Assembly: GCA_003971905.1 (NCBI GenBank)
Contig: RSEE01000033.1
Location: 558,001-622,000 of the forward strand
DNA from: Moniliella sp. 'wahieum'
Lineage: Eukaryota
Direction of reading: 5' to 3'
DNA length: 64,000 bases
A program made the position numbers and the translations under genes. The notes under the pieces are model-generated. The model worked only from the letters and a program-made list of their open reading frames with translations, ran no database searches and was not told the DNA's origin. Of this stretch, positions 1 to 12,109 are shown in pieces (the first letter of the stretch is position 1; each line of letters begins with the position of its first letter).

Positions 1-1157
1 GCCGGCACGCATGGCAGCTTCCATGCTCAACGAACTCCGTGTGGGTGACGGACGGAGGTTGTTCAACTCACCACCTTCTTCATTGCGTGACGCTTTAGCT
101 GGCTCAGCGAACTCTGTCCACGGCTCCTCCGTATGGCCCCACATATCAGCCAAGGGGTTGGTCGTAGGGACGTAGTCATCGTATGCGGTGGTGGCCGGTT
201 CGCTTTGAGATGGGAGCGTGCCTTGGGTTTCGCTCCGAGAAGGAGCTGGGGCTAGATCGGAAAAAAGGCCACGGGACGCAAGATGGGTATGATGGCTACG
301 GTACACGCCGCGCTCCTCCGACGGTTCCGCCAAGGCGCGAGCGTTCCGTGCCCGAGCTGATTGACCAGGGCGGGAGGAATGAAGCGGTTCGGGGGCAGGA
401 AGGAGTACTTCTCCTTCTGCAGACGGCGAGCATGCGAAGGCTGAGAAGCCAGGGGATCTTCTGTCCCTTCAATGTATGTGTCGGGCCCAGGCGACTCGGA
501 AGAGCGATAGAAATCGTCATCCGCCTCACGGATTCGCCTGCTTTGGAAAGCACCGGCGGCATTCGAACCCATAACGTCGTATGCCGAATCGTGGTGGAAT
601 GTGCTTTGACCGTGAATGCCAGTGTTGTCCAGGGTATCAATCACGTCGATGCGGGAGGAGCGGCGGGGATGCGAAAACGGCTCGTCTCGGACAAGCGGGG
701 CGGGCGCATTCAGCGGTTCATCGCTGGCCGTGGCTGGGTCCGCGAGACCAACACCACTTCCCACGCGGGAAAGGCGGCGACGAAAGGCATTGGCAAAGCG
801 TCCAGCGACGCTGACGCCTGCGGGCGCGGTCTCGACCGTCTGGGTGGGGGGGGGACTGCTGGGGTTGGAGGCGAGTGGGTGCTGAGGTCGGCGGCGGGGA
901 AAGCATCGGGGTAGTCGGAAGAAGGGGGCATGGTGGGTGCACTGGTGCGGCTGAAGCGCGCTCCAGGTGGGGCGTGACGGTAGGCAACGTCGTCGGATCG
1001 GCCGGCATTGGCGTAGGCATCGACGGCGGCCTGGTCGGGGGAGAGGGACGGGGCTGGCGGCGCGAGGCGCGAGTGGTGCGTTCGAAGTTGGGCTGGTCGT
1101 CGTCGGCCGGCGGGGGCGGGCGCCGCGGGCGCGGGCGCGGGCGTAGGAGATGGACAT
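1..1157 (-). CDS. Pal1-family cell morphology/endocytosis protein, 5' part; runs off the window start
   Basis: ORF 252..1205(-) contains IDVIDTLDNTGIHGQSTFHHDSAYD, resembling the Pal1 signature D.ID.LD.TG..G...FHHD.P.D. Likely ATG at 1157 (MSISYA); frameshifted. Confidence 0.65.
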
Positions 1158-1621
1158 GGCGGCGCGGATGGGGGGGGGCGGTGGCGGGGAGGAGGCTGAG
1201 GACACCGAAGGGCGTTCGAGGTTGAGCCATGGCTGATGCGTGATGCATGATGCATCGTCAGCCCATCGATCTCCCAGCGCCCATCGCGCATGGCCGGACC
1301 ACCGGTCAACGGGGCGTCATGCATCCTTCTCATCGACGGGGCAGGGCGCCGGTGGCTGTGCGGTGGGTGATGTTCGTTGTGACACTGGCTGCGTGGGGGG
1401 CGAGGCGGAAGGATGATGCATGTGAGGGGTGGGGGGGGGGGCGGGCCTGGGGAGGAACACTGGCTGGGCGGGGGGAATGCGCTGGGACAGAATCCAAAAC
1501 CGCATCAGCCAGCATGCGGGGTACGACAGTATCCGTCGATGCTCGCGATGGCATTAATCACGAGGAGGACCACCGGGCCTACGGCCCGGTCGGCTGGGGC
1601 TTCGCCCCAGCTTGGTGCTGC

Positions 1622-1770
1622 GTCGCCACCTTAGCCACCGTTCCCCCGTCGCCACCTTAGCCACCGTTCCCCCGTCGCCACCTTAGCCACCGTTCCCCCG
1701 CCCCATCGCCACACCTAGCCACCGGTCCCTCCCCACCTTGCCACCGTTCCACCGTCGCTACCGTTCCACG
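1622..1770. repeat. 26-bp minisatellite (GTCGCCACCTTAGCCACCGTTCCCCC), about 3 perfect copies plus decaying copies
   Basis: Direct tandem copies from about 1622 to 1700, degenerating to CCACCGTTCC units up to about 1770. Confidence 0.9.
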
Positions 1771-1789
1771 CTGGAACCCTTCCACGCTG

Positions 1790-3528
1790 GAGAGGGCAAA
1801 TAATATCACCGATTCTCTGGCTGCGGGGTGGCTTGGGACGTGGCATCGGTCGGCACGTGCCTATGACGTAAAAGTGGCAGGATTTTCCCAGCCGATCTTA
1901 TGCAAGGTGCCAAGGACGACCACTTCGACATGCTCATGAGCCTGCCTCTCCGGCTGGGAGGATGTGGCAGCCCGCTTTACTCGTATATCGCGCCCCACGC
2001 CCTTGCCGCGGCAACGAGGTCAACGACTATCTTCATTACCACTTATGTTGACCGTTCGGGACCGCAAACGGCAAGGGCCAACGCATTTACGAAGCAACGC
2101 CAGCGCTGCCGCGAGATGTGGGAGCAAAGTCGACAGGAGCCTCCAGAAGCTGGACGCTGCCGATGGTCGCCATGTGGTGAGCACAGCAACCGCTGAGCCA
2201 CAACTGGCTCTCCGCCATTCCATCCGTCCCGTACCTCAAGCTCTCGACCAGCAGGTCCAGGTTGGTCTCCAGCTCCGCACGCTGTGCCGCACCACGCGCA
2301 GCATGTGCAAGTGCGGCATCATGTCCTCGCTGGAACATATCATGTCCTGCACCCGCACCCAGGCCAAGTTTGGTGCGTTGCATGAGGCAGTGCGGGAGCC
2401 CATTCTCCAGCTCCTCCGCTCCATCCCCGACACCACGTCCACAACGAACCTATGGTGGAGGAAGAGGATGGGACGAGGCGCGGACGGAAGGCACAGCGCA
2501 CCGATTACCGGCGTGATGGGGCCCGGAGCACTGGGAGGAACCGGAATGGAGGTAGACCACACGCTGCGCGACACGGGATCGCAGGAGGCGCAGAGCGCGT
2601 ACCGGCGGGTGGTGCATGAGAGCACTGCGTCGCCTTTGGAACGCGGGAGAAGGAACTGCTTCGGCTGCTTGAACAAGCAGAATGCGACAAGAACGCCAAG
2701 TACCAGGGACGCACTCAAGAACCGTTTTTCCCCCTGGTTTTGACGACGCGAGGATACTACGGCACCAAGACGGGGGCAAGTTGTTTGCGCATTGGAAGGA
2801 GTTGGCTACTAAGTCTCAGTGGAAATGGTTCCTCGCTCGTATGTCAACCACGTTCCTCCGTGTCCACACGCGCTCCTAGGGTACGGGACCGGATGGCGTG
2901 AGCCGGAGGGTCCTGATATCCTGGCGATCCCCCTGGTCCCTAATCTTGGTGGCGCTTCCAAGTAACCCCCGCAAGATGAACGGTTCGGTTTAGCGTAGCG
3001 TTCCCCCTGTCCAGCCTTAAGCTCTGTCAATGGAATGCACACAATATAGATCTCAGTGGAAATGGTTCCTCGCTCGTATGTCAACCACGTTCCTCCGTGT
3101 CCACACGCGCTTCCTAGGGTACGGGACCGGATGGCGTGAGCCGGAGGGTCCTGATATCCTGGCGATCCCCTGGTCCCTTAATCTTGGTGGCGCTTCCAAG
3201 TAACCCCGCAAGATGAACGGTTCGGTTTAGACGTAGCGTTCCCCCTGTCCCAGCCTTAAGCTCTGTCAATGGAATGCACACAATATAGATCTCAGTGGAA
3301 ATGGTTCCTCGCTCGTATGTCAACCACGTTCCTCCGTGTCCACACGCGCTTCCTAGGGTACGGGACCGGATGGCGTGAGCCGGAGGGTCCTGATATCCTG
3401 GCGATCCCCCTGGTCCCTTAATCTTGGTGGCGCTTCCAAGTAACCCCCGCAAGATGAACGGTTCGGTTAGACGTAGCGTTCCCCTGTCCCAGCCTTAAGC
3501 TCTGTCAATGGAATGCACACAATATAGA
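1790..3528 (+). mobile_element. 5'-truncated non-LTR retrotransposon with restriction-like endonuclease (CRE clade; Cnl1/MoTeR-like)
   Basis: Stitched frames give the post-RT motif MSLPLRLGGCG, a CCHC knuckle CKCG..LEHIMSC..LHEAV, then RLE motifs NEP..RTD..EVD..KNAKY..FFPLVLTTRG, and a stop at 2879. No RT core is visible upstream. Confidence 0.8.
2814..3528 (+). repeat. Three head-to-tail ~239-bp copies of the element's ORF end plus 3' UTR
   Basis: Units start at TCTCAGTGGAAATGG (2814, 3051, 3290) and end CACACAATATAGA. Differences seen are 1-bp indels. Confidence 0.95.
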
Positions 3529-3629
3529 GATTAGCGTCGATCTATCCACACTGCCTCCCATTCTTTCCAGCTGGAGACATCAGCAATCGATCGATGATCA
3601 GTGAGATTCTGAGATCTGAGGCTGGGGGG

Positions 3630-3783
3630 TGTTGACATCCGTCCTAGGACCCGCGGACCTGAGTCACGTGAGTCAGCTTTCATTCCTTCCGAGCTCGCAC
3701 CAGTCTCTGGACGAGTCAGTCGCAGAAGTTCTAGTCCAATACGACGTTCAGTGCTCACTTCTGTGGTAGTAGCGAGGCCGACA
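3630..3783 (+). repeat. 5' LTR (~154 bp)
   Basis: TGTTGACATCCGTCCTAGG...GCGAGGCCGACA, repeated at 8502-8660. Confidence 0.95.
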
Positions 3784-3877
3784 GAGTTACAATCTGATCT
3801 GCTCATCCCTGAGCTGGCCAAACTACACCACAAACCAGGGCGCCAACGCTAACACCGATCTCTCGGTCAGCGACCAC

Positions 3878-6800
3878 ATGTGTGAACAAGCGCGATACTG
3901 GACACCAACCGGTCGCGATCCGCCACCGATTGGCACCGACAACGAGGAACTCATGATGCTTTGCGCCGAAGCGCACCTGGGTTCAAGAAGACGAACGACA
4001 TCGATGTCGTTAAAGAGAGAGATCAACAGAGCTATACACGACAGAGCCGAGTGGCTTGGATGGAAGGACGAACCTACGCTATCACGACAAACTGGGTTCG
4101 ACGGGCTACGAATTTTGTGGTGCAAAACATCCACCAAATGGAAACTCAACCCAACGCAACTTTGGGGGCACCTACAGGCGCAGCCTCGCGACCCGAGTAC
4201 GACCTTTACAGATCACTACGCGAGTCTCCCACCAAGAATATCAAGTGGCCTGATCTGAACAAAGACCCGTCCGCCTACAGCGCTTGGGAAGACGAATTTC
4301 TCTTCGCGATAACAGATGCCCACCCCCACGCAAGCGACGTCGTCCAGAATGGTCGCAGCTCCCGTACTTCACCGAGGACCTCGACAGACGCTTGCACAAC
4401 CTTCTTAGGGAAGCCATGCGTCAACCCTCTTCCGGACGATCCGCACCCACCACGAAATATCATGCACCCAGGACACGCTGAACATGCTGCGTCAGCGGTA
4501 TGGATATACGCCTACCGCAAACAGAGGGCCTCTACTCATTCGCTACTTTTCGGCCGACCAAGGAAACCGATCGGGTCGAGACTACCTCGACTACATGGAA
4601 GAGATCAGTGCAAGCCTGACGCGAGCGGGCATCCCACTTACGGAAGAGCAGGAACGCACTGGGATCCTACTCGGCTTACGCGACATGAGCATTCGCCAGC
4701 GTGAAGAGCGCTCGAGTCTAGACAAGTTACGGCAGGCCGTGATGGACATACCAGCCGCCACGTATCCCGGTGGAGAAAGGAAGAGAAACGGAGGCAAGCC
4801 GGTCAACGGAGGAACGCCTTGGACTCGACCCGACAGCGGGGGACGACCCACCAGCGGGGGAAAAAACTCCAGCGGGGGCAAAGCCGGCGACGACAACCTC
4901 GCGGACACAAAGACCAAGGGGCAAGACCGCACCAACCAACCCTGGCGCAGCGCGACGTCTAATAAACCTGTTGTCCCTCCGCGCAACCCAGGCCGAGCCA
5001 ACGCTCACGTCGCTCAGAGAGCGAGCTCTCCGAGTCTGAAGTGATTGACGTTGATGCGGGCACAGCTGACTACTAGGAACTCGGGGGCGAAATGCGAATC
5101 ATCCGGGCATTATATGACAGTGGGGCATTCCCATCCATTTGGAAAGACAAATCCGTCTTCACATCCATGACCCCTTGCGACGACGAGATAGAGGTTGCTA
5201 ACGGGACACATGTAAAGGCGGAAGGACGAGGCACGGCCACAATCCGTATCCGATGCTTAGGAGGACACCAAATGGAGATAAAACTCCCAACAGCCTATAC
5301 ATGCCCCGTTTCAGCCGAAATCTCGTCAGTGTAGCACACCTGTCGAACACCGGAAATCGATCATACTTCGCCCCACACCAGAAGGGTATCTGGCTTGGTA
5401 ACCCAGGATCCACCCTACGAAAAGTAACCGGCAGTGACTATCAATTCACGATCTTACACAACCCGCGAACGCACCCACACCCCTGCGGGCCATGGCGACC
5501 AAACCGATCAAACCGGCCGACCCACCCTCAACCCAAACTCCCTCGCAGCATCCCTGGCCCTGGACCACGTCTCTAAAGCCCACAAACGCTGGAACCACGC
5601 AGCCATCGACCTCCTCCCCTGGCTTACACGATCGGAAACCGCAGGCCTCCGCGTCACAGCCAAGCATATCTCCTCTGTCGTTCAGAGTGGGATTGCCCAA
5701 CATGCGCGGTGGCACTAGCGACAGCATCGCCCCATCCGAGCCGGGACCGCCTCCGATCCAAAAGACCTTTCGAGGTCTCCACGTCGACGAGTAGTAGACC
5801 TCCCCCGGGTAACCGGCATGGGGCACGGATACGCCCTCGTCGCCGTTGATGACTTCACGCGGTACGTCTTCACCACAGCGATCCCGACAAAGGGCGCTGC
5901 AACGAAGGAACTGCGGAACCTCATATTGCGGGAGCAACGCTACGGCCCGGACAGACTGCTGCGGACTTTGCGCACGGACAACGCCCCCGAATTGACAAGC
6001 GCACTGCAACCTTTTCTGGACGAGCAAGGCATCACGTCAGAACGGACAATCCCGGGGCAGAGTGCTAGCAACGGTGTGGCTGAGCGTGCCATCCGAACCA
6101 TAACGACTCGTGCAAGGCAGTTGCTCTTGGGTACAGGTCTTCCGACGTCGGACTGGTGGGAACACAGCCTCCACGCTGCGTGCTTCACCCAAAACCAAAT
6201 GCCACTCAAAACATCCGGGGAAGACAACAAATCGCGATTTGAGCGATACAAAGGCCACGCAACTCGTTACCGATGCAACCCTTTGGCCGCCTTGCATACC
6301 TCCATCTGCCCGAGTCACGCCGCGAGCACAAGCTCAGCGCGGGCAGAGGAAGGTATGCTGGTAGGATACCACCATCAGCGCGGATCAAAGGGATGGCTCT
6401 TCGCCACATACCAACCATCCCTGGGTACCTTCACCTACCGCTGGTCGAAACCGTACAAATGGGGCAACGCCATCTACCCCATCTCCACCCCGACCACTTC
6501 CACCGACATCACCCAAATCACCTCAAATTAAAATCGACAGTGAAAAGACGCTAACCCTACTCCGCCAGCCGCGGCAGCACCCATGCCCCGAACGCCGCCA
6601 CACCCCAGACACCCGCTCCCACCACCACCCCCTCCGCGCCGCTACCCCCTCCGCCAGCGCACCACCCGCACCTCCCTCGACCTGCACACACTCCCAATCG
6701 CTGACGACCCCACCGACACGACCTACCATGCTCGTGCTGCAGCCGCCACGCCCCACTGCGCCGCACCAGAGATCGGCATCGCCCGCCCCCTACCTGACAC

Positions 6801-8507
6801 ATCCGCCCCCCCGTTTGCCGACACAGTTCAACCTCCCGAATACGCCGCCATGACTGCTCTCAGCGCACCCATCCACCCGGACACGGTTCAGCTCACCAAG
6901 GATGGCGTACCCCTCGCTCCCAAGACGCTCAAGGGTCTCGAGACTCACCCCTCCTTTGCCATGGTCAAGCAGGCTATGGCCGACGAGGTGGCCACACTCG
7001 CGCGATACGGCACCTACGAGGCTACGTACCCACCACCGGGTGCACAAATCCTCATAGGACTATGGCGCATCACCACAAAGACGGACGCCGAGGGCCGGTT
7101 CCTGCGCCACCGCGCGCGCTTTGTCGCGGGCGGACACCAACAATCGGCCGAGACTTGGGGCCAGACGTTCGCACCATCGGTGCGCACACCTGCCATCCTG
7201 ACCCTCGTCGTGCTGGCCGAGAAGTATAAGTTTGGCCTCTTCTCGGCGGACGTCAATGCAGCGTACCTGAACGCCCCCCTCGAAGAAGCAGTCTACATCC
7301 GCCCACCCCCCTACTTCCCCGAAGCGGGTGGTCGCGTGTGGCGTCTCAAGAAGAGTCTATACGGGCTACATCAGAGCGGAGCAAACTGGGCACGATACAT
7401 CCGGAACCTGCTGCGTGACAAGCTCGGCTTCACGCAAAGCTTGACCGAGCCCTGCTTGTTCGTGCGCGCTGCACCACCGGGTGAGCAGATCCTCCTGGCG
7501 GTCCACACCGACGATCTGCTCTCGCATGCAAGTCACACCAAAAGTACGAGGAGTTTATGGCCGAGATAAACACACACATTGATGTTCGTGGTAACGGTCC
7601 CCTTCACTACCACCTGGGATGCCAATACGATCGGATCGGTGGGGAGCTGTACCTGAGCCAACCAAAGTTCATCGAGGAAGTGGTGGCAAAGCACCACATC
7701 AAAGCCCCGTGGATCCGGACTCTCCCACATCCCGTACGGATGATACCGCCCCGTGCCGACCCTGAACCCCCATCCCTCCCAGCCTTGCGCAAGGCATATC
7801 AGGGGAAGATCGGATCGGGACTGTGGGCTGCACGAATGGGCCGGCCTGACTCCCTCTTCGCTATCACGGCCCTCAGCAGAGCCGCTGCCGACCCATCGCA
7901 GCAGCATCATCAAGCAGTCGATGACTTCCTTCGCTACCTGTACCATACTCGAGGAAAGGGCCTGAGGTTGACCCCAACATCAGATGCACCGGCCATTGCG
8001 CTGTATACAGATTCCGACTTGGCGGGAGATCCCATCCAGGCACGCTCCACATCTGGATGCCTACTGATGGTGTACGGTGTGCCGGTGTCGTGGCGATCCA
8101 TTCTTCAGCCGAAGAGCGTTACCAGTACCGCCGCCGCCGAATATACGGCAGGATATGATGGACTGGTTGACGCCAACTATGTCAAGAACATCATGATCGA
8201 GCTTGGGGCCATCGGCGAGGGTACACCCATTCATTGGTATTGCGACAATAAGTCTGTCGTCGATCTCGCCCACAAATTTGGCAGCACCGGCAAGCTCCGA
8301 GAGCTGAAGATCCGGTACCACAATGTACGGCAACACGTGGACTCGGGCGAGGCCATACTTGTACACATCCCCGGCGAAAGGAACCCAGCGGACGTCCTCA
8401 CCAAGCCTCTCGGCCGTCCCGCCCTGACAAGCCATCTTGCTCAACTCCGCGTCGAGGAGATGGATCCAGTCCACATGACTGGGCCCTCCGGTCAGCGGGG
8501 GTGTTGA
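3878..8507 (+). CDS. Copia gag-pol polyprotein (frameshifted in this assembly)
   Basis: Protease LYDSGA; HHCC (HKRWNH..CPTC); integrase VDDFTRY..LRTDNAPE..SNGVAERAIRT; RT RARFVAGG, DVNAAYLNA, LKKSLYGLHQSG, VHTDDLL; RNase H YTDSDLAG..STAAAEY..CDNKS..NPADVLTKPL. The stop lies inside the 3' LTR. Confidence 0.93.
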
Positions 8508-8660
8508 CATCCGTCCTAGGACCGCGCGGACCCTGAGTCACGTGAGTCAGCTTTCATTCCTTCCGAGCTCGCACCAGTCTTCTGGACGAGTCAGTCGCAG
8601 AAGCTTCTTAGTCAATACGACGTTCAGTGCTCACATTCTGTGGTAGTAGCGAGGCCGACA
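8502..8660 (+). repeat. 3' LTR (~159 bp)
   Basis: Matches the 5' LTR apart from scattered small indels. Confidence 0.95.
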
Positions 8661-9430
8661 GGGGGTACTAGTTTTACCCGTTCCCATTCGGAAGCTAGGC
8701 ACTGGCACCGCCACCCTGCCAACTCTCCCCGAGGGTTACTTCCTCAACCACGTATCCTCTCTCTCCTCGCCAATCTTTTCCCTCATCGAGTCCTAGGCTC
8801 TGCGCGTCCTTGGCTCGCACGGGCTCCCCACGGAGCCGAGCTCAGCCTGAGCTGCTGCTGTTGCCACGCGAGGCCAGGATAGGGTAGCTACTAGCCAAAA
8901 GCCACCCAGTCGACACGTGCACCCATGACTGGCACATGATGCGCACAGCAGTGCGCAGCCCCTCGACTCTCTCGCATTGCCCGGGCCATCGCCACCACCT
9001 CTTCCCACCACTCATTCTCTCTTTTGGCTGGAAGTGCATGTTGGAACCAACCCTCGTGATGGATTGGTCTGTCTCCCAGAGACTAGGCCGGGGGGTGTCG
9101 CTCTCTACAGTCGTATCCTTCGGCGCCATTCGTCCACATGCTCAACCTCCCCCTTTGCGCGCTATTGATCAAAGCTGCAACATACACCTGGGCATGTTAA
9201 AAGGGTGAAATTTAGAAGGCATCCAGCAGATGCAATATTCAACGCCAGCCGCTTTGAATGGGGCAGATGGGGCGGAATGCGCGTCTGTTCCGCCCCACCC
9301 CCTTCGAACTTGCTGGCCCCTCGGCTGGGCGCTGGGCGGAGTGGGGCGCCTGCCCGGCTCGGCGTCGCACAACAAGCACGGCAAACTCCCGTTGGTCCAG
9401 TTCGCAGCACCACGACCCAGCCTCCCCCCC

Positions 9431-10134
9431 ATGTCCTTGGCCCTGCACACTGTCGGCGCCACGACAGGCTTCCTGGGCGCCGTCGGCGCCTACCTCCTCT
9501 TCACTGGCAACGGCGAGGCCTTCAATCCCGGCCAGTTCCTGGAGGACACCTTCCCTATGCCTGGGCCATGCTCGGCATTGGCATGTGCATCGGCCTCTCG
9601 GTTGTGGGTGCAGGCTGGGGCATCTACGTCACCGGCGCTTCCATCCTCGGTGCCGGCGTGCGCACACCCAGGATCACGACCAAGAACCTCATTTCCATCA
9701 TCTTTTGTGAGGTGGTCGCCATCTACGGCGTGATCATGACCATTGTCTTCAGTGCCAAAATCAACGGTAACCTTCAAGCCGGAATCGACACCCTGTTCAC
9801 CAAGGAAAACTACTTACAGGTACGTGCCTCTTACGTCTTACTCCTTATCTTTCCGCCGCTATCGGTCTGTCTCCCTATGTCTTGCCACTGACACTGGATC
9901 GGTCTAGGCCATCTGCTTTTTTGGGGCGGCTTGACCGTTGGGGCGTGCAACTTGATCTGTGGGGCGGCGGTGGGCGTGACGGGTGCCAACGCGGCTGTGG
10001 CCGATGCGGCAGACCCCAGCTGTTTGTCAAGATTCTCATTGTTGAGGTCTTTAGCTCTATTCTGGGCTTGTTTGGCTTGATCATTGGCTTGATCCTCACG
10101 TCGCGCCAAGGACTTTGGCACCGAACCATTCTAA
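9431..10134 (+). CDS. VMA16: V-ATPase proteolipid subunit c''
   Basis: [68 protein letters not shown]; intron at about 9820-9908. Confidence 0.93.
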
Positions 10135-10330
10135 CCTTTTCCCCCGGCCATGCGCATTGCCAAAACATACACTCGAGAGCCTGTGGAGCGAGTTGTCCAG
10201 CTCCATTTCCTCGTTTCCTTTCTTTCTCCCTTCCTCCTCCCCTTCCTCTACTGCATTCGATCCAAGCCAGAGGACTTGAACATCATAGATTGGCCATGGT
10301 ACCTGCTACCTTACTCATGCGCCGGGAGGG

Positions 10331-11605
10331 TCACCCCGGCAATGGGACGCACCCCAGTTCCGCCAAGATGGTCGGGACGCTGGACGGGTCCTTGGCCAGC
10401 GCCGCGGCCTCCTCGGGGCTTTTGACGAGGATCATACCAGCATAGCCTTGGGAAGGGGTTAGCGAGGGCCAGTGCAAGTGCTAGTGCCAGTGCCAGTGTC
10501 AGTGCTCTAGCAGGAGAAGGACGTACCCATTGCGTTAACACTGAGCGTGCCCAGTTTCTTTCCATTGACCTCCTCCCATTCGCCTGGAAGGATGTACTCC
10601 TCCCGTGAACGGGGAATGAGATGAAGAGCACGCCGGGAGAGGAGCAGATTGAACGAGCCAAACTTGCTTTTGGGCGGGAGGGCGTTACCGTCCTCGTTGG
10701 CAGCTTTCTGGTGCTCAGCTTGGTTCTTAGTGTCGAGCAAGTCGATGAGACGTTGCATCAGGTACATTTCCGCCCCTTCTTCTTCAGCTCGACCGGGTCG
10801 ATCAGGGCGACATAGTGTTGCCATTGCACGGGCAGTGCATGAACGTATCCTGTTCACAGGTCAGCTCTCCCGCTCTGCACTCCGCCGCAAACAACGAAAC
10901 AAAAACATACGGAACTCAGACCCGTCCCGCTCGATCGACGTCAAAAGACGCTCGATGGGGATGGTACCCTCAGCATCATCGGCAGGAGGGTGCTCGTCGG
11001 GATCCACCCCTCGGGCAACATCTCCTCCCGACGCATCGATCAGTGGAGCTGGTGGAGGGGCAGTGCTTTGATGCGCCCGATTCCCAGCCACAATTGAAGA
11101 AGGCCATCATCTCTCCTCGGCCGGGTCACCGCGGAAGCCCGCTTCATGCGATACGCTTGCGCCAACAACTCGGGCGGAGGAGGGCAGGTTCTGAGGCACA
11201 AAGTCCTTGGTCACCAACAGGGTGTGCCGACGGGACAACGCAGAACTTGTTGAGCAGGACAATGCCGCCCTCGGGTTCGGCCTCGCTGACCAGCAGGTTG
11301 GGCACATACGGCGGCGCAAACGGATCCTCCTTGTTCTGGACAGGGCCACTCGGCTTGACGGCGTTCGGAGTTGGCTTCTGCAGCAGCGCAGGCACAGCAC
11401 GCACAACAAAGTCAATGTCGAGCGTCTTGATCTCGCGGTCTTCTGGCTTGGCATCGGCCGGCAGCGCGGGGGTGGCAGCGGCGGCCTCTGGGTTGGCGGG
11501 TTGGGTGAGGACATGCACGTTGGAGGGGTAGTAGAAGGCGTCGCCGGCAGCCAGGGCCTGGTCGTACTGCTTGGCGACCTTTTTGCGTAGCTGGGCGGCG
11601 GACAT
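10331..11605 (-). CDS. APA2: Ap4A phosphorylase / ATP adenylyltransferase
   Basis: [64 protein letters not shown]; intron near 10447-10524. Start uncertain. Confidence 0.85.
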
Positions 11606-12109
11606 GGTGCGGGGGACAAGAGCAGCGAGGGAGTTGGAGGCAGCCGCAGCAGCGGGAAAGAAGGTGGAGGCAGGGGCCAAGAGAGAAGCAGACGCAGAAG
11701 CAAAGGCGGGTGTGGTCAGAAGCCACCGCCTGGGCCAACCCAGCGCTGAGATCAGAGAAAGACAGATGTGGTTCGAGCTGGAAGCGCCTCGAAACGGGCG
11801 AATCAAATGTGGGAGGCAAAGTGAACGTTCAGTCAATGAACGTTCAATGTCGATTCCAACCCATCCAATCAAAGTTGCAAGCCCTCCTGCGTGCCGGCTG
11901 TGGCTGCTCTGGGCCCGCACAGAGGTCGCGCGATCGGCGTCTTCGAGCGAGCACCCCACAGCCCACCCCCATTGGCTGCGTCGTTCGCGTCGTTGGCGTC
12001 ACCGGCACGGCATCGTCGTCTTCGTCGTCGTCGTCGCCGTCGCCATCGCCATCATCTTGGATTTCGGGGTCAGCTCGCAGGACCAAACGCCGCCGGATCG
12101 GAAACCAGC

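Larger units (their letters stand above)
3630..8660 (+). mobile_element. Full-length Ty1/Copia LTR retrotransposon
   Basis: TG..CA LTRs at 3630-3783 and 8502-8660; GGGGG TSD at 3625-3629 and 8661-8665; purine-rich tract AGCGGGGG before the 3' LTR; domain order gag-PR-IN-RT-RH. Confidence 0.97.

Noticed and set aside
2814..3528. CRISPR array or ribozyme-bearing retrozyme
   Set aside because: There are no unique spacers and the context is eukaryotic. No hammerhead core (CUGAUGA..GAAA) was found by eye, and the unit is the retroelement's own 3' end.
5040..5092. Programmed gag-pol frameshift or readthrough
   Set aside because: Cannot be separated from the assembly's indel noise.
10460..10507. 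(AGTGCY)n run encoding ALALAL
   Set aside because: It lies in the predicted APA2 intron; simple repeat.
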